Shown one piece after another: positions 1 through 13,292 of a DNA stretch of 64,000 nt. The stretch lies in contig OZ361257.1 in the NCBI GenBank assembly GCA_977018835.1, forward strand, positions 744,001 through 808,000, given 5' to 3'. Source of the DNA: Minutocellus sp. GHC0000111. Taxonomy: Eukaryota. Both the position numbers and the translations under genes were made by a program. The notes below the pieces were generated by a model, which searched no databases, was not told the origin of the DNA, and saw only the letters and a list, made by a program, of their open reading frames with translations. Every line of letters begins with the position of its first letter. The stretch's first letter is position 1.

Positions 1-1
1 T

Positions 2-241
2 TCGGAGGGTGACTCCGCAGAGGCTGCTGCCAAGGTGTTTGACGCTCTCCGATGGGCCGAAGATGTACAAGGTGCCGAGAGAGTGTACTTTCCCGAGCTT
101 GTTGTGTCGCAGTCGCCTGCTGCTGCTTCTGACGAAAAGGTGGCAGCTGGCAGCGTTGGAGAAGAAGATGCCCTGACACTAGCCGTAAAGGACAGACTTA
201 CCCGCGCGGCAAGTGGTGTAGTGATCGATACGCTGCAATGA
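2..241 (+). CDS. 3' end of a probable Sua5/YrdC threonylcarbamoyl-AMP synthase (SUA5 C-terminal domain), partial
   Basis: Open frame from the window edge: GDSAEAAAKVFDALRWAE...LAVKDRLTRAAS resembles the SUA5 domain pattern (AA..LF..LR..D ... AI.DRL.RAA); TGA stop at 239-241. Confidence 0.6.
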   Translation, partial: SEGDSAEAAAKVFDALRWAEDVQGAERVYFPELVVSQSPAAASDEKVAAGSVGEEDALTLAVKDRLTRAASGVVIDTLQ

Positions 242-3200
242 GATCTTAATCTTTATGTAATAAAAGTACCGGTATAGGAATGAAAATAAGGAATACCAGC
301 CGTGTGGCTAAAAAGGCAGAAAGAATTCAGGTGCATGCGCATGCATACCTACATGTACCTATGGTGGATCTCTACACGCAGTAGATTTAGCTAGTACCGG
401 TGGGAATTCCTCCTACAACATAGAGTTTATACATGTAAATCTAGATCTACACACCACCCGCTCTTTCGGTCGGGCGTCCCCTCAAGCAACTGAGCTTTTA
501 CCGGTATGTCACAGGCGCTACTAACACATTGTACATGTAAGATTTAGATCACCGGATCTACATCTAGAGTCTTCGGCACCGGTACAAAGATCTACACTCT
601 ACAATACACACATAGCAGCTGTGTATCGCATACGTTGCAAACATTCTAATTTTTCCTTGGTCCTGCTGTCGGCGGCCTGAAAGAACCATCGGCCCCCCCT
701 CCTTTGCTCGCACGGCGCCAGAACGGTTGCATAAGCGTCGCACAAAAGAAACCCGGAAAATAGACCCAAAATGAGCTGGGTGTCTGACAAATCGCCAAAA
801 CCGACGCCATTTTGTTTGTCATTTTACACGGCGACCATGAGGACCCGACGGCGATGCTGATACTGGCACGTACACCGACGCTGAGTTGGGTTTGACGCTT
901 TTGTATGCTTTCTATTACTATGTCGCGTCGATTCATACCGTCAAACCCAACTCACCTCCTTGGCATTGCGTATCTTTTCGCGAAATGTAGCACACGAAAA
1001 TCCTCCCATCACGTCGTTCGACGGGTCCCACCCAGTGCTGGGTGACAGTGATTTGAGACGGTTGCACCGTCGGTGAGACTGACTGGGTCGGCTCACAAGG
1101 CAGTTTATGTGCATAGGTGTCATTTTTCCCCGTCGAGTCAGTCACACCTCCACATTCTTGTGCACTTTTTCGACACCAAATAACCAGGCCTGGGCAAATT
1201 CTGGAGGTTGGTACCAATGGGGAGTGGAGGTGGCCCGTTGGCGTGGAAATCAATCCAACCGCCGATTTTATGCTTTGAAACCTTTCTATGGATACACTAG
1301 GCGATATCAAAGCAGTCCATCCTGGAAATGGACATGAAATTTGTTGATGGGGGTTGATGCAGTAAATTTTTGTGCTTGTGGAGGTTGAATTTTCCCCCTC
1401 AATTGGACTTATCGGTGCCAATGGTTTGGATCTGGAGAATCTTTTCATGAATGTATTGGTTGTATCAGATACCTACATATATGAGGGCGTTGGAAATTGC
1501 CTGGTGGTGAAGAACGGGGGCAGGTATCATGTCTTCTTGGCACACATGGAATTTCTTGGTGAAACGGGCTGGAATCGGAGGCCCCTCGACTTCCAGACAT
1601 GAAATTGATACTGTTCATCTCATGGATGCAAACTCGCGATCACTCACCTGCAACTACCTCCCTGTGGTATATGCCTTTTGCTTTTTGATGAGTTTCGTCG
1701 GGTTGCTGCAAGAAATCGGCGTCAATTTATTGATGGCATTCAATTTTTATGGACCCCAGCAAAATTGTAGGAGGTCAACCTTCCTGACCGAGGAAGATGA
1801 TAAATTGGCATGTCGACGTAACCAAGAGTGTTCTATTTGCTTTAGTTCCATTGTATGTATATAGAAGAAGTTAAATTTAGATAGATGGTGTATGGTTGTT
1901 CACTCTATGAAGTTTAGTAACCATAATCATCTGTAGTGGTCGCAATGAGACTACCGCAGGGCCCGACCGCACTCTCAGATATAAATAACGTCTATAACTA
2001 GTGAAGCGAGCAATTCTACTTCAGCTACTACCCATAGAATTCCACTAGATATGTAATCTGATGCGTCTCTATGAGAGTGTTATTGAGTTCGTGATTATTT
2101 GTTGATCTATAAGCCATGTTCCTTCATGGAGGTCGACGACCACCGAGATTTGCGACAAAACCTTCCGAATTTTCACATCGATTCGCCTCCATAACTTTCC
2201 ACGCCGGTACAAATGAAATGCCATGAGCATGTACGTCGCTCGGGTATATCAAGGGTCGTCGTTTGATACCCTTCCGATGCAGTAGTCGTGGTTGATTGTT
2301 GTTCAGTATCAATATTAGAATTTTGACTCGGCACCCCGCAAAATCTGGCGTGGACCTCCACGAAACATTGCGATACCTATAAAACCATCAATCTTTGGAG
2401 CAACCGCGCGAAACTTTCCATCAATGAGCCGCCTTATGTCATATCTGGGCGGGAATAAGGTACTAATTAGGTGAATGGACGCGCATGGACCCAAACTATT
2501 GTCATGTTGGTAATTTTGACCTCCCAGAAGGACAAAACTCACCCTCCAAAAATGATAACATGAGATAGTTTGGCCGAACTGTAAACTCAATCGCTAGAAA
2601 AATGCTGCCGAATCTTAGCGTGGGTACATATCGTCCGAGTGGAAGCCTTGGTATCGTCGATTTGGCGTGGATAGGTATACCTATTGAGAAACTGGTATCG
2701 CGGTGGAGAAGTTGATGAGAATCTGGAAGTTTTGGTTTTACTTGTCATTGTGTGAGAATGCAATGGGTTCCCCACGCAAACTCAACAATCAACACATGCA
2801 CTTCCACTCTTTAGTAAATACCTTGGCAGGATTGAACGAGAATCAGCACCCCAGGGCTCAATTTCAAGAACTATTGTACCTCATCTGATTTTGGCGCCTG
2901 TCTCTTGCCATAAAATTTCCGGCAAATCCACAAAGCCCCAACAAAATGATCCGCTTACCGACATCCAACCCGCAGAAGAAGCTCATCGAGCGATCCATTA
3001 GTGTTATGGTAGCGAAATATCAAAAGTTGTATAGATACTCTAAGCGGAATTTTTCGAGCAATAAGGCCACATCAACATCGAGGACCGTTTTTGCAGAGAA
3101 ATCAGATTCTTGATTTTTGAGACGGCATAGGCGTTTCATGACTGTTGCACATGCGAAATCAAAACCACTGCCCCACCGCCGCTCGATGATACCATTGGAG

Positions 3201-5275
3201 CGATGTTTCAAGTCGTCAAAGGTGTGCAATCTCCCATTTACTTGACTGTGTCGTTACTTTTCTCTCCGATTGTAGCCGTCGTGGAGGTCGAGGTGGGCCG
3301 ATGACAAGTGCCGAAAGTCGATTTTCGTCTGTTAAAGGAGTGAGAGGCTCATAATGAAGGCTCACTGGCCAAGCCACATATGGAGAAGATATGCTGAGGC
3401 GGAAATGGTGGTTGCATACCATCTTGGTGGTCGTCTGAGGCATGGAATGTGGTCGTCGGTGGTTGGGTGGATTTTTGGCACAGTCGAAAATGGGGAAATC
3501 AAAACCCCGAAATCCCCATAAGCGATTATGCAAAGGCCCACGAGGCGAAATTTCACCGTGCTCGTGACGTGGTCGTGGTCTGAGTTTCTTTCTGGCGTCC
3601 GTTTCTGGCACACAACTCACCATCGATGGATTTAGGACAGCCGACCTTGACAACTGGTGCCGTATTCGCGCGCGCAGGCGTGATTCGGTCGGCTGGCTGG
3701 ACTTGCGAAATAAATGTGGAATGATTTTCCGGTCGACTGCATGTGCAGCAGATCTAAATGGTGATGCACCAGCAAATTTTCTACGAATCCATTCTTGATC
3801 GAGAGCAATGTTGCGAGCAAATGAAGTCATCCCAGACGACAAGACGACGAAGTACATGTAGCGTACATGTACCGTACCTTTGATCTACCGGCACTGCGGC
3901 ACTGCATGTGCCGGCACATGTGGCGCATGGTGGCTTCATTTGCTTCTTTTATCCAGCTTGAGTTTTCAGATCTGACAGACTACGAGCCGTAAATGCTTAC
4001 CTTTCGGTTTCAGAGGATTTGTAGAGGGTATACCAATAACCCCTAAAAAAGGTCATTCTTGCACCCATTTCTCATTTCCCACCACGTGTTTTGTTAGTCG
4101 ATGTTCTCTTCGGGAGGAACGCAAACACTCCTCAACTCGTGGATATCTACTGGACCTGCTCATTCAGTAGGTTGCCACCGACCAGTAGCATCCACTGAAT
4201 TCGCAGGTCCAGTAGATTCTGGCAGGAACACATATATTTTTTGGTCCCCCGCACACCCCTCACACACACACACACACCGCAACCAACCCGCAAATTTTGT
4301 GACGATGACGACGACCAACCAGACCACGCCCAAAAAATACAAACGCAGCAGAACTTCGTTCTCAGGGAGCAAGAGAGGCAACACCAAGGCATCCAGGAAG
4401 GCGGCAAAGGCGGCAGCTGAGCCGAGAGCCGCTCGACCCAAAAACTGGACATTCGTCTTTCCGTCGTCCGTGTTTCCAACGCGGCGAAGTACGGGAAAAG
4501 TCGCAATTTCCTGCCGGACCAACTTTTCCCCCTGAAATATGCAAAATGACTTGATCGAGCCGGCCTGCCTCGCTTACGTCCCCACTCTAGACACATTCAA
4601 GGTTGGGGACATCGAAGGTCCGGCTCGAAAATTCCGCACACAGGCTGAGCTATCGAGGGGGAAAAATCACGCAAAAAAAACGATGACGACGCACGAAAAT
4701 TTGCTCTCATTGGCGGCCGATTCGGGGGCGGATACGAACAAAAACCACAACAATCAACCATACAAACATTTTCATAAATATCTTGGGCGTGTGTCTCTGC
4801 AATTCTGGGTGGATTGGGCGGCTGTGGCTCTCACGGTATCACTTCTCATCCGCGGCCCTTTTTCGCGTACTCGAACACAGGTTGATTGTTTTGATTTATA
4901 TTTTCTCATACAATAGCATGCCAATCAAGCTGAAACTTTCGCATGCGTAGCGCAATGGTATCGGCCAGCCTCGGGAATGCCCATATCTTACCTTGCAAAT
5001 GTGTAGCGGCCAGGAGCGGGGGTCACCATGATGAGCTTCGTTCGGGAGAAAAAATGGACGGACGTCGGTCTTTCCGTCGTCCGACAACGCGAGCGACGTT
5101 AGCAAAATCTCCAATGTCCTGAAGTGCCTCACCTAAAATTGGACCAACTCGCAAACACGTCGAAGAAGCGGCCGCCACGGTCGGTCAAATTCGCCCGCCA
5201 AACCGTCACCGTCGTCGGCGAAGAAGAGGACGGCCCCTCCTCCTATCCCCATGGCCTTTCTCCTTGCAGCAGATG

Positions 5276-7896
5276 TCATTCGAAGGGCTGGTAAGGATCT
5301 GTGGTGGAGAGCAACCCCCGATTCCTGCGGCAAAGATGACATTTGTGTTGTTGGTTCTCGGCAGAAATGTGGGAAGACGTCCTCCCTGCTTTCATCGAGG
5401 CCGACTTGTTGCGTTCCAAGTCCGTCGGTGGAGGAAAGTATGAGCTACAGTACAACGAGGAAAAATGGAAGGACATGCAGCAACATCTCTCAAGCAAGGA
5501 GCATTGTAGTTTGAAGTTGCACTTGTCGACGTGTCGGCCGAGAGGGAAGACAAGACGCAGGGCGCTCTTTGTGTTTGTGCTCACAGGTTGCGTAAAAAGA
5601 AGGAGGACAACCACCCGAAATTCTCTGGACCGGAGGGACAGAAGGTGCACGAGAAAAGAAATCCCGATGAAGTTCTGTTCTCTGGGCGCTCGACTGTCTT
5701 AGCTGCTAAGCTAGGTGAGAGGTTGTCAGCTCACAGAAAGGAGGTGCAGTCAGCGCATTGCGAAGCAAGAGTGAAATCACTAGTCGACGAGAGGCCAAGA
5801 AACTGGGTTGGATGCCAGCAAGTCTCCTCAGCATGCTGAAGGGAACTGGTGATGCTTCCGCCACTGAAGCAGCTGCAGCCTCCCCCAATGATGAAGGTTT
5901 AGGAGGAGCCGATGCTTCCGTTGTCTGTGCCACCTCCAGTGACATTGATGAACAGGCAAAGGTCGCTCTCGGCCTCGACTTTGTTGTTCGGATGGCCAAC
6001 GATGACATGCTCCGTCCTCCTCGTCCCAATGCAACCGTCACCGAACCAATGTGCCAATCAGAAAAGAAAAGCAGGCGAATGAAAGAACGCGGTTCAGCGC
6101 CGTGGCTCTCGCGGATTGGTGGGGACACGGCGAACCAACTCGCACGCATGAAGAACGGCAACAAATTGCAACTGCCGCGTGTCGGCAAGTTGCGTGCGAT
6201 CACGGTCATGCCAAGTCAACCGGTGGTTCTCAGCTTTACAAGTGGAGAGACCAGCTCTACAAAAGCCTTGCTGATGGCATCAGCAATCCCATCGGCAGCA
6301 GAAAGGAGGTTCGTGGAAGGAAGGCACACACGGACATGATCGAGGAGAAGGAGCCAGGACATCTCCGCGAGCTGTGTCGGCATGCTGCTCGGATGAAGGG
6401 TGCGATGGCAACCTTTAAGGAGCTAGCTGACTGCATGAGCGCAAAATCAGCTGCACTCCAGATGAAGACAGGCTGACAATTAGTCTCCATCGTCTTCAGC
6501 TTTTTCGCTGGTGGAAAAAGCAAGGCGGCAAGGAGAAGTCGTCGATCGAGAAGCCGAGGCTCACCCCCGAACATTGCAGGAAGCGACTTGATTGGATCGA
6601 AAAGTGGGAGAGGACATTGCGACCGATCCCAACATTCCTGTAGCGCATCTTGATGAAAAGTGGTTTTACACTGCTGCTCGGCGACGAAAGATCTGTTGCC
6701 ACTTTCTGACGAAGAACTGAGCAGTCCGAACCTCGCGTCTGTCCATGCTTCCGAGAGGCAAGCCCGAAAATTCGATCCAGAAGACACCCTGTCAAAGTTA
6801 TGTGTCTTGGAGTTGTTGGCCGACCAATGAAGGATGAAACCAAAGACGTTGATTTCAATGGGCGCATCATGATCAAGAGAGTCGCCAGGGAGCAGAAGGT
6901 GGAAAAAAGCTTACGCGTAATCAGAATTTCTCTCCAGATGCTAATGAGGTCAACGATGCGCTAAAAAATGACAAAGATTGGCGCGACATTTACGACGAGA
7001 ATGCTGACATGACCGCCGGCCATCTTTGCGACCACATTGCCGAAATCTGCGGCCTTTCTGAGTTTGTTACAGAGCGATTGGAACTTCAATGCGATGACCA
7101 TAAATCCGACGGTCAGGCAAAAAGTCGCAAGCATGCCGCTGTTGGCTACACAATCAAAAGATCTCGAGTCTCAAGCGACACACTCCTGATAGCAATGGAG
7201 AGAAGGTGAAGGTTGAGATCGACGACCTTGAGCTCGGGGTGCGGCATCAACGGGGCGATAAGGTTACCAAGGACTGTAGCTGCGACTCCAAATGGATGTT
7301 GGAGACTATGAATGAGGTCGGGAAGGCGATTCGAGACGCACATCATTGGGTGAAGTGGGATCCACAAAATGTTCAGGAGTCTGATGTCATGCATCTTGTG
7401 ATGGACAATGCCGGCGGTCATGGGTCCAATGAAGCAGTTGAGAAGTACACCGAGGACCTCAAAAACAAATATAAGATTGAGATAATCCAGCAGGTTCCTC
7501 GGTCGCCCGAGACAAATGTTCTTGATCTCGGCATCTGGATGTCTTTGCAGTCGGCCGTCGAAAAGGAGCACCGCGGTCGGTCAGAAGAATGATGCGAATG
7601 CTCTTGACAAGACTGTGATGAAAGTATGGGCCAATGTCGCATCAAAAGAGGCCTTTCTCAATGTATTTGGAAAACTTCCAGTGATATATAACAACATCAA
7701 GAGAAGTCGTGGCGGTAACAATCTTGTGGAGACCAGACGGGGAGAAAGGCTGGTCTCGCAAAAATTGCCGACCGAGGAAGAAGCTGAAGAGGATGGTGAA
7801 CCACTCTGGCCAATTGATTCTCCCGGCGAAGATGATGACATTGAGGACGACATAGATGAAAATGATGAAGACGATGGAGTCATTGATTTGCTATAA
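5276..7896 (+). mobile_element. Decayed Tc1/mariner (DD39D, plant/stramenopile mariner-like) transposase, frameshifted
   Basis: Catalytic motifs in different frames: HLDEKWFY (6646-6669), SRRHPVKVMCLGVVGRP (~6776-6826), MDNAGGHG (~7400), QVPRSPETNVLDLG (~7490-7532); 39 residues between 2nd and 3rd Asp. Several frameshifts and stops. Boundaries approximate; no TIRs found. Confidence 0.85.
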
Positions 7897-8932
7897 CTTA
7901 TCATAGCATGTCCATTTCTATTCATTGCATTTTGATTTGGTGCTTCCAAAAAAATTTGTTTTTTCCCGGGGTGAGAGGAATGCAAATGTCGAAAAAAATC
8001 ATCACATAATGTACATTTATTGGTTCTGGTGCACAATATCTCTCGACTATATGTAGAGAAGTTGGTGACCATAACTTGGTTCTTGCCCCGACTTCCATCT
8101 TGGCCTTGGCCGTCATTTATTCCTCGGAGTTAGAAAAAGTGAGCTTGGATTTTTGGTCTGGTGTGGTCGTGTTTCTAATACGTCATCATCACGTCACTTT
8201 CAAATCCTCTGAACTCGAAAGGTACCTAGGTACCATCGTACTGCGTAATAGAGTACATGAAGCCTATGACAAATTAAAAAGTGCACTTTTGAGCCCATAA
8301 CCTGAAACTTCCCCATCTTTTCATTTCGCGCTCGAAAAGGTACGAGACCATGATGGATGTTTGGTGCTCGGAGGACGAATAAGCCTTGTGAATTGACAAT
8401 GAACGCACGGCATTCCCATTGTCTTTTGCGAAAGAAGAGACAGGAGCAATTTTTGATCGAACAATGCGGGAAGGAGATCAAGAGATCTACTCGCTGCCCT
8501 GCTTTTCACTCCTCAAGACGATGTTGGTACTATCTCGTACTCTGGTAGATAGCTACTAGTACGAGCTAGACCGTACATGTGGTGGCAGGTCAGCATTGAT
8601 CCCTGGAGCCAGGCGGGTGTTCCAATCCGCTCTCTGTTTCCCGATGGATTCGGTATACTAGTATTGCAGGCACTTATTAGCATTGCAGCTACATGCGTAG
8701 TTGAACGTTGGCGAAAGCGATGTCGGAGGCAACCCTCAGTGCAGATCACACGGTACTCTCAGCAAGACAAGGAGAAAGGGAAAGAGAGAGAGAGAGAGAG
8801 GGAAAAGACCGGCCACCTTTTACCTTAAACGATGAATTCTTTACCTCACCATGGTGTTTTTATTCCTTCCTCATTTTTCTCTCCCTACTTTGGTTTGCGC
8901 AGCCGACATTTTCTACAACAACAATTTCCACC

Positions 8933-9646
8933 ATGCAGGCCGCTCGCTCTAAGATGTCCACCAAGAGGAAGTTCGTCGCTGATGGCGTCTTCTACTCTGA
9001 GCTCAACGATCTTCTTACTCGTGAGCTTGCCGAGGATGGCTACGCCGGTGTTGAGGTCCGTACCACTCCCCACCGTACTGAGATCATCATCCGTGCCACC
9101 CGTACCCAGAACGTTCTTGGCGAGAAGGGACAGCGTATCCGTGAGCTTACCTCTGTCGTCCAGAAGCGTTTCGACTTTGCTGATGGCGCTGTCGAGCTTT
9201 ACGCCGAGCGTGTCCAGAACCGTGGTCTTTGTGCCCAGGCCCAGGCCGAGTCCCTCAAGTTCAAGCTCCTCGGCGGCCTCGCCGTCCGTCGTGCTTGCTA
9301 CGGTGTCGTCCGTTTCGTTATGGAAGCCTCCGCCAAGGGTGTTGAGGTGATTGTCACTGGTAAGCTCCGTGGCCAGCGTGCCAAGGCCATGAAGTTCGGT
9401 GACGGTTACATGATCAAGACTGGTCATGCCGGCCAGGTCTACACCGACACCGCTGTTCGACACGTTCTCATGCGCCAGGGAGTCATCGGCATCAAGGTAT
9501 CCATCATGCTTCCCCAGGACCCCAAGGACGTCATTGGCCCCAAGATTCCTCTCGATGATGTTGTCACTATTCTTGAACCCGCACCGGAACCGACTGCTGC
9601 CGAGATTGCAGCCCAGGTTGCTGCCGCCGAGGCCGCCGCCGCTTGA
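8933..9646 (+). CDS. RPS3: 40S ribosomal protein S3 (uS3)
   Basis: [15 protein letters not shown]...[13 protein letters not shown]...[13 protein letters not shown]...[18 protein letters not shown] at 8933; strong codon bias; no intron. Confidence 0.97.
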   Translation: MQAARSKMSTKRKFVADGVFYSELNDLLTRELAEDGYAGVEVRTTPHRTEIIIRATRTQNVLGEKGQRIRELTSVVQKRFDFADGAVELYAERVQNRGLCAQAQAESLKFKLLGGLAVRRACYGVVRFVMEASAKGVEVIVTGKLRGQRAKAMKFGDGYMIKTGHAGQVYTDTAVRHVLMRQGVIGIKVSIMLPQDPKDVIGPKIPLDDVVTILEPAPEPTAAEIAAQVAAAEAAAA

Positions 9647-9879
9647 TCGAGTACTTTCGAACTTCAGTGCTGGCAAAGTAAGAGAAGTGCGCACCAACCA
9701 CCCGCAACAATCACCACCTGTGAGTGAAGAGAGGAGGAAAAAGAGAAGCCCCAAATATTCCACCGCGTACGCAGCGCCTTGCCTTTATTTAATTGAACTC
9801 CTACAACCACCTTTCGATGCGCGCGACACACGAAAACAACATCTGATACTACGTAGCTAGACTAGGAAGTGGACACAGC

Positions 9880-11226
9880 ATGATGACGAACGGCGGTCGG
9901 AATAAACCGAGCCCAAACTCCGGAAGCACCAACAACCCAGCCGAAACCGCGGCGACTGAGTCCATACATGTACTCTTGCTCGCTTCCCCCGAAGATCACA
10001 ACGCCCTATCACCTTCGTTTTGTCTTCTCAGAGAACAGATTGAAATATTCCCTGCCGTGACCGAGGACGTCGAGGCCCGCCGGCGGCGGGGCGGTCAAAA
10101 GGACCCCATTTCTGTCGGCTGCGTGGGACTTCGATGCATCCATTGCCGGCATGTTCCCCATGCGCAACGGACGAGAGGAGCCATTATGTATCCGAACAAG
10201 ATGGCGCTCATCTATCAAGCCACGAGGAACTTCCAGCGCTACCATCTCAAGACTTGTCCTCACATACCGCCAGGTGTGCTCAGCCACTTCGGCGGTTTGA
10301 AGAGGAAGCATGCAGCGAATAACTCCGAGAAGTATTGGATCACGAGCGCGGAGGCCAAGGGCCTCGTTGATGTGGTCAGATCGCCCGCAAAAAAGGGCCC
10401 TGGCAAACGGGGCGCTGCCAAAAGCTCAAGCTCCGAGAGTGGTATTGAATTTCGCTAAGGATTCAGCTGGAAGTCCCTTTGCTCCGATGTCCTCTTTGTT
10501 AAGAGGGAGAACCCGCATCACCATACGGACGCCGCCGATCCTTCAAAAAAGACGAGTGGCCGCAAAAGACGCTTCTATGAAGATGTAGATGCCGATGATA
10601 GCAACGGTCTACAGTTGGGTGAGGCAACCCATGATCAAGGCAGAGGAGGGCGTATCGGGTCGTCCCTTCCGCAAGAACAAGCTCTACGGACAGTGCCCGT
10701 AATAGGTGACGCCCTCGATAACTTTCTTCATTCCCTTGACGAGACTTACGAAGTCGATCCCAACGATCCCTCAAATCCCCACCAAAGTATTCATTCAGAC
10801 TCCGCGAATGTCTACCCCCAGAATGCCAATGGCACATCAACTACTCATTCAGCAGCGAGTGCTGTATCTTCTGCTGACTTCGAGCCTATTCCTATTTCGT
10901 CCCTAAATGCTAGCAACGGCCAATACGATTTCGGCACAAACATGTCATCAAACCAGCAGCAACCGAACCCGTACGGAGAGGCGCAACGGGATAACCATTC
11001 GGCCGGCGGTCAGATGCACGCCAGCGAATTACCATCTGGCGCAGCAGCTTCAGCATTGCATCGTCCGGATTCTCCGTCCTTTCCGCAGCAGCAGTCCCTC
11101 CAATTTCAACATCAGAGTGAAGGGGCGACGGCATCTAAAGATAGTCAGAGTGAGGCGCTCCTTGCCGAGGCAGTTGATAACATTGCACGACAGAGAGAAC
11201 TGATTGAGGAACTATCCCGTCATTGA
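9880..11226 (+). CDS. Uncharacterised protein with a Cys/His motif (VGLRCIHC...FQRYHLKTC) and low-complexity tail; one in-frame TAA at 10456-10458
   Basis: ORFs 9880-10458 and 10615-11226 share a frame, and the sequence between them is stop-free apart from this TAA. Confidence 0.6.
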
Positions 11227-11894
11227 TACTTGTGATGGCAAGTCGATACTTACATGTAATACTGATTGGATACATGTAGCCGCACTCGCATTCGCTAATT
11301 AAATTTGCACATGTGACCTGCATGTATCTCTTCAGTTTTAAGCTACATGTACATGTCTTTACATGCTACAAATCAGCAAAGAATGCCGCTACACTAGTAG
11401 CAGTTAGGTGATCGTTGCTACTAAGACCAACGGTCAAATCTCACCACCGGCCGGCCAACGACGAACGAACGACGAACAAATGTGCTGGTACATGCATACA
11501 TAAGTAGATCTCTAGTGCTTACATGCGATACCAGACCACAACCACCGCAAGTAAGTAGGAATTCCTAACAAAATTTTTCACGTTTATATTCAACAATGCA
11601 CATTTGCTGTTGTTGGGTTCAGGAATGTTTTGTCGCCAGTGTCAGTCACGGCCTCGAAATCGAAATAAATGAACGGTAAGAAACCCGGAAGAGTCTGACT
11701 CCCGCCACGATTCAACAACTCCGAAGCAAGCATGAATGGCCGTGAAACGAAAGAAGCAAAGCAATCATCACATCACAACACAACACCCAACAACAACAAC
11801 TTGTCGAGTCTTTCACTCTATTTCAAACCTGAAAAATACCTTCCATTACTGGAGAATATCGCATTACCATATTGCATTCATACTACGTAGTACA

Positions 11895-12341
11895 ATGAGC
11901 CGATCAAATAGCACAGGTGCTGTCGAAGGGAATTGTCGTACATGTAGTAGCAATGAACATTCGACGAGATATCGCAATGCGAAGCATGCTCATTATGACA
12001 GCAAAGGTGACTTTCATGCTCCAAAAAGCCCTATGCAAAAGGAGTTCAATAATGAGCCACGCCGGCGACAAAGTATGAAACAAGAGGAGCACTCAAAGGA
12101 TCATCATCGCCGCCATCATAATCCACGCCGGCGACAAAGTGTGAAACAAGAGGAGCACTCAAAGGATCATCATCGCCGCCATCATAATCATCGTCATCAC
12201 AATCATCATCAGCTCCGGAAACGAATGGTAGATGGAGCCAAGCTTTCTGCGAAATTGATGGCGGCGGTTGTTTTCTGTGCAGTAGCTCCAATCCTTTACG
12301 TCATCATTCCTCCTGCGCACGATGCAGATGATCGAGCATAA
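11895..12341 (+). CDS. Small His/Arg-rich hypothetical protein with a 22-aa tandem repeat and C-terminal hydrophobic segment
   Basis: ATG at 11895; PRRRQS(M/V)KQEEHSKDHHRRHHN twice; LMAAVVFCAVAPILYVII near the end. Confidence 0.4.
   Translation: MSRSNSTGAVEGNCRTCSSNEHSTRYRNAKHAHYDSKGDFHAPKSPMQKEFNNEPRRRQSMKQEEHSKDHHRRHHNPRRRQSVKQEEHSKDHHRRHHNHRHHNHHQLRKRMVDGAKLSAKLMAAVVFCAVAPILYVIIPPAHDADDRA
12057..12188 (+). repeat. 66-bp tandem duplication (2 copies, 1 mismatch)
   Basis: 12057-12122 vs 12123-12188, read directly. Confidence 0.95.
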
Positions 12342-12408
12342 GAGAGAAATGTTTACGTCATCATTCCTCCTGCACACGATGCAGATGATCGAGCATAAGA
12401 GAGAAATG
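12295..12408 (+). repeat. 57-bp tandem duplication (2 copies, 1 mismatch) spanning the stop codon
   Basis: 12295-12351 vs 12352-12408, read directly. Confidence 0.95.
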
Positions 12409-12698
12409 GCAATCGAACATCATTTTTTCATTTGCTAGTATTGTACGTTGCTACTTTCACATAAATACGGAGAATATCTGCGCGGTAACTCGAGTTAATA
12501 CTAATAGCAAGCAAATACTCATATCCTATCATCATCTTTCAGTATTTTATTTATCTATTGCATCGATGTTACTCTCAGCAAGCTGCATATCCTGTGTGCC
12601 CCATACATCAACGAACAAAACCAATCGAAAGGTCGTCTCTTTCCGTACAATGTGGGTCCAGATCTCCATGCGCATGCAATCGAATATCTTCCCAGCTT

Positions 12699-13292
12699 TC
12701 AACCGAGGAAAATCCTTACACACTGCACTGCAGTCCCCATGAGCATCGCGTTCAGAGCAAAATACGCTGGAATAGTACAGGTGGCTATTCCGCTCTCCTG
12801 AATTGTCTTTCCAACTGCTGATCGGTATCTACTTGCATACAGCCGACGAAGGACAACCCATACAAGCGACAGGACTGCCCCCACGTTCCCATTGACCAGG
12901 ATTGAAAAGAATATAGATCCAATGAGGAAACCAGGAAGTTGCTCAACTTGATTGGTCTGGGCCCGAAGGGCCAAGTAAACCTCTTCCGGCGGGTTGTGGA
13001 CCCAAGGGCCAAACTTCTTTTTCGAAAAGTCATACTTTTGTTTCGCAGCACCCACCGCCATTACATCGAGCAGAGAGTAAGAAACAAGAAAGAAGCAGAT
13101 TATAGCCATCGAAGGGGACACATTTCTGGCCAATTCATGTGCTGGCGGGAGCGGCGTTCCAGGATCACGGCGGAAGCATAAAGAAAGAACCGTGCCAAGA
13201 AGAAGATATATCAAGAAGATGGCCACGGCTGGTGGAGGCGCTGGATCATCGGCACTGCTCATTGTAGAACTTTGCGATCTCGTCTGTACCAT
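12699..13292 (-). CDS. MAPEG-family membrane protein
   Basis: Four hydrophobic segments; RAQTNQVEQLP matches the MAPEG R(A)H.N..E motif; later RRLYASRY. Start chosen at MVQTRSQ. Confidence 0.75.
   Translation of the reverse strand: MVQTRSQSSTMSSADDPAPPPAVAIFLIYLLLGTVLSLCFRRDPGTPLPPAHELARNVSPSMAIICFFLVSYSLLDVMAVGAAKQKYDFSKKKFGPWVHNPPEEVYLALRAQTNQVEQLPGFLIGSIFFSILVNGNVGAVLSLVWVVLRRLYASRYRSAVGKTIQESGIATCTIPAYFALNAMLMGTAVQCVRIFLG

Noticed and set aside
600..3860. Scattered ORFs in the gene-poor 5' region, possibly a decayed gene or element
   Set aside because: No recognisable domain, and stop density is not clearly below random; cannot be supported.
4030..8330. Terminal inverted repeats for the mariner element
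   Set aside because: No convincing inverted pair with TA target duplication found by eye.
8783..8800. (GA)n microsatellite upstream of RPS3 and (AC)n at about 4261-4277
   Set aside because: Short ordinary microsatellites.
12057..12408. CRISPR-like array
   Set aside because: Two-copy tandem duplications without spacers, no cas genes, eukaryotic context.
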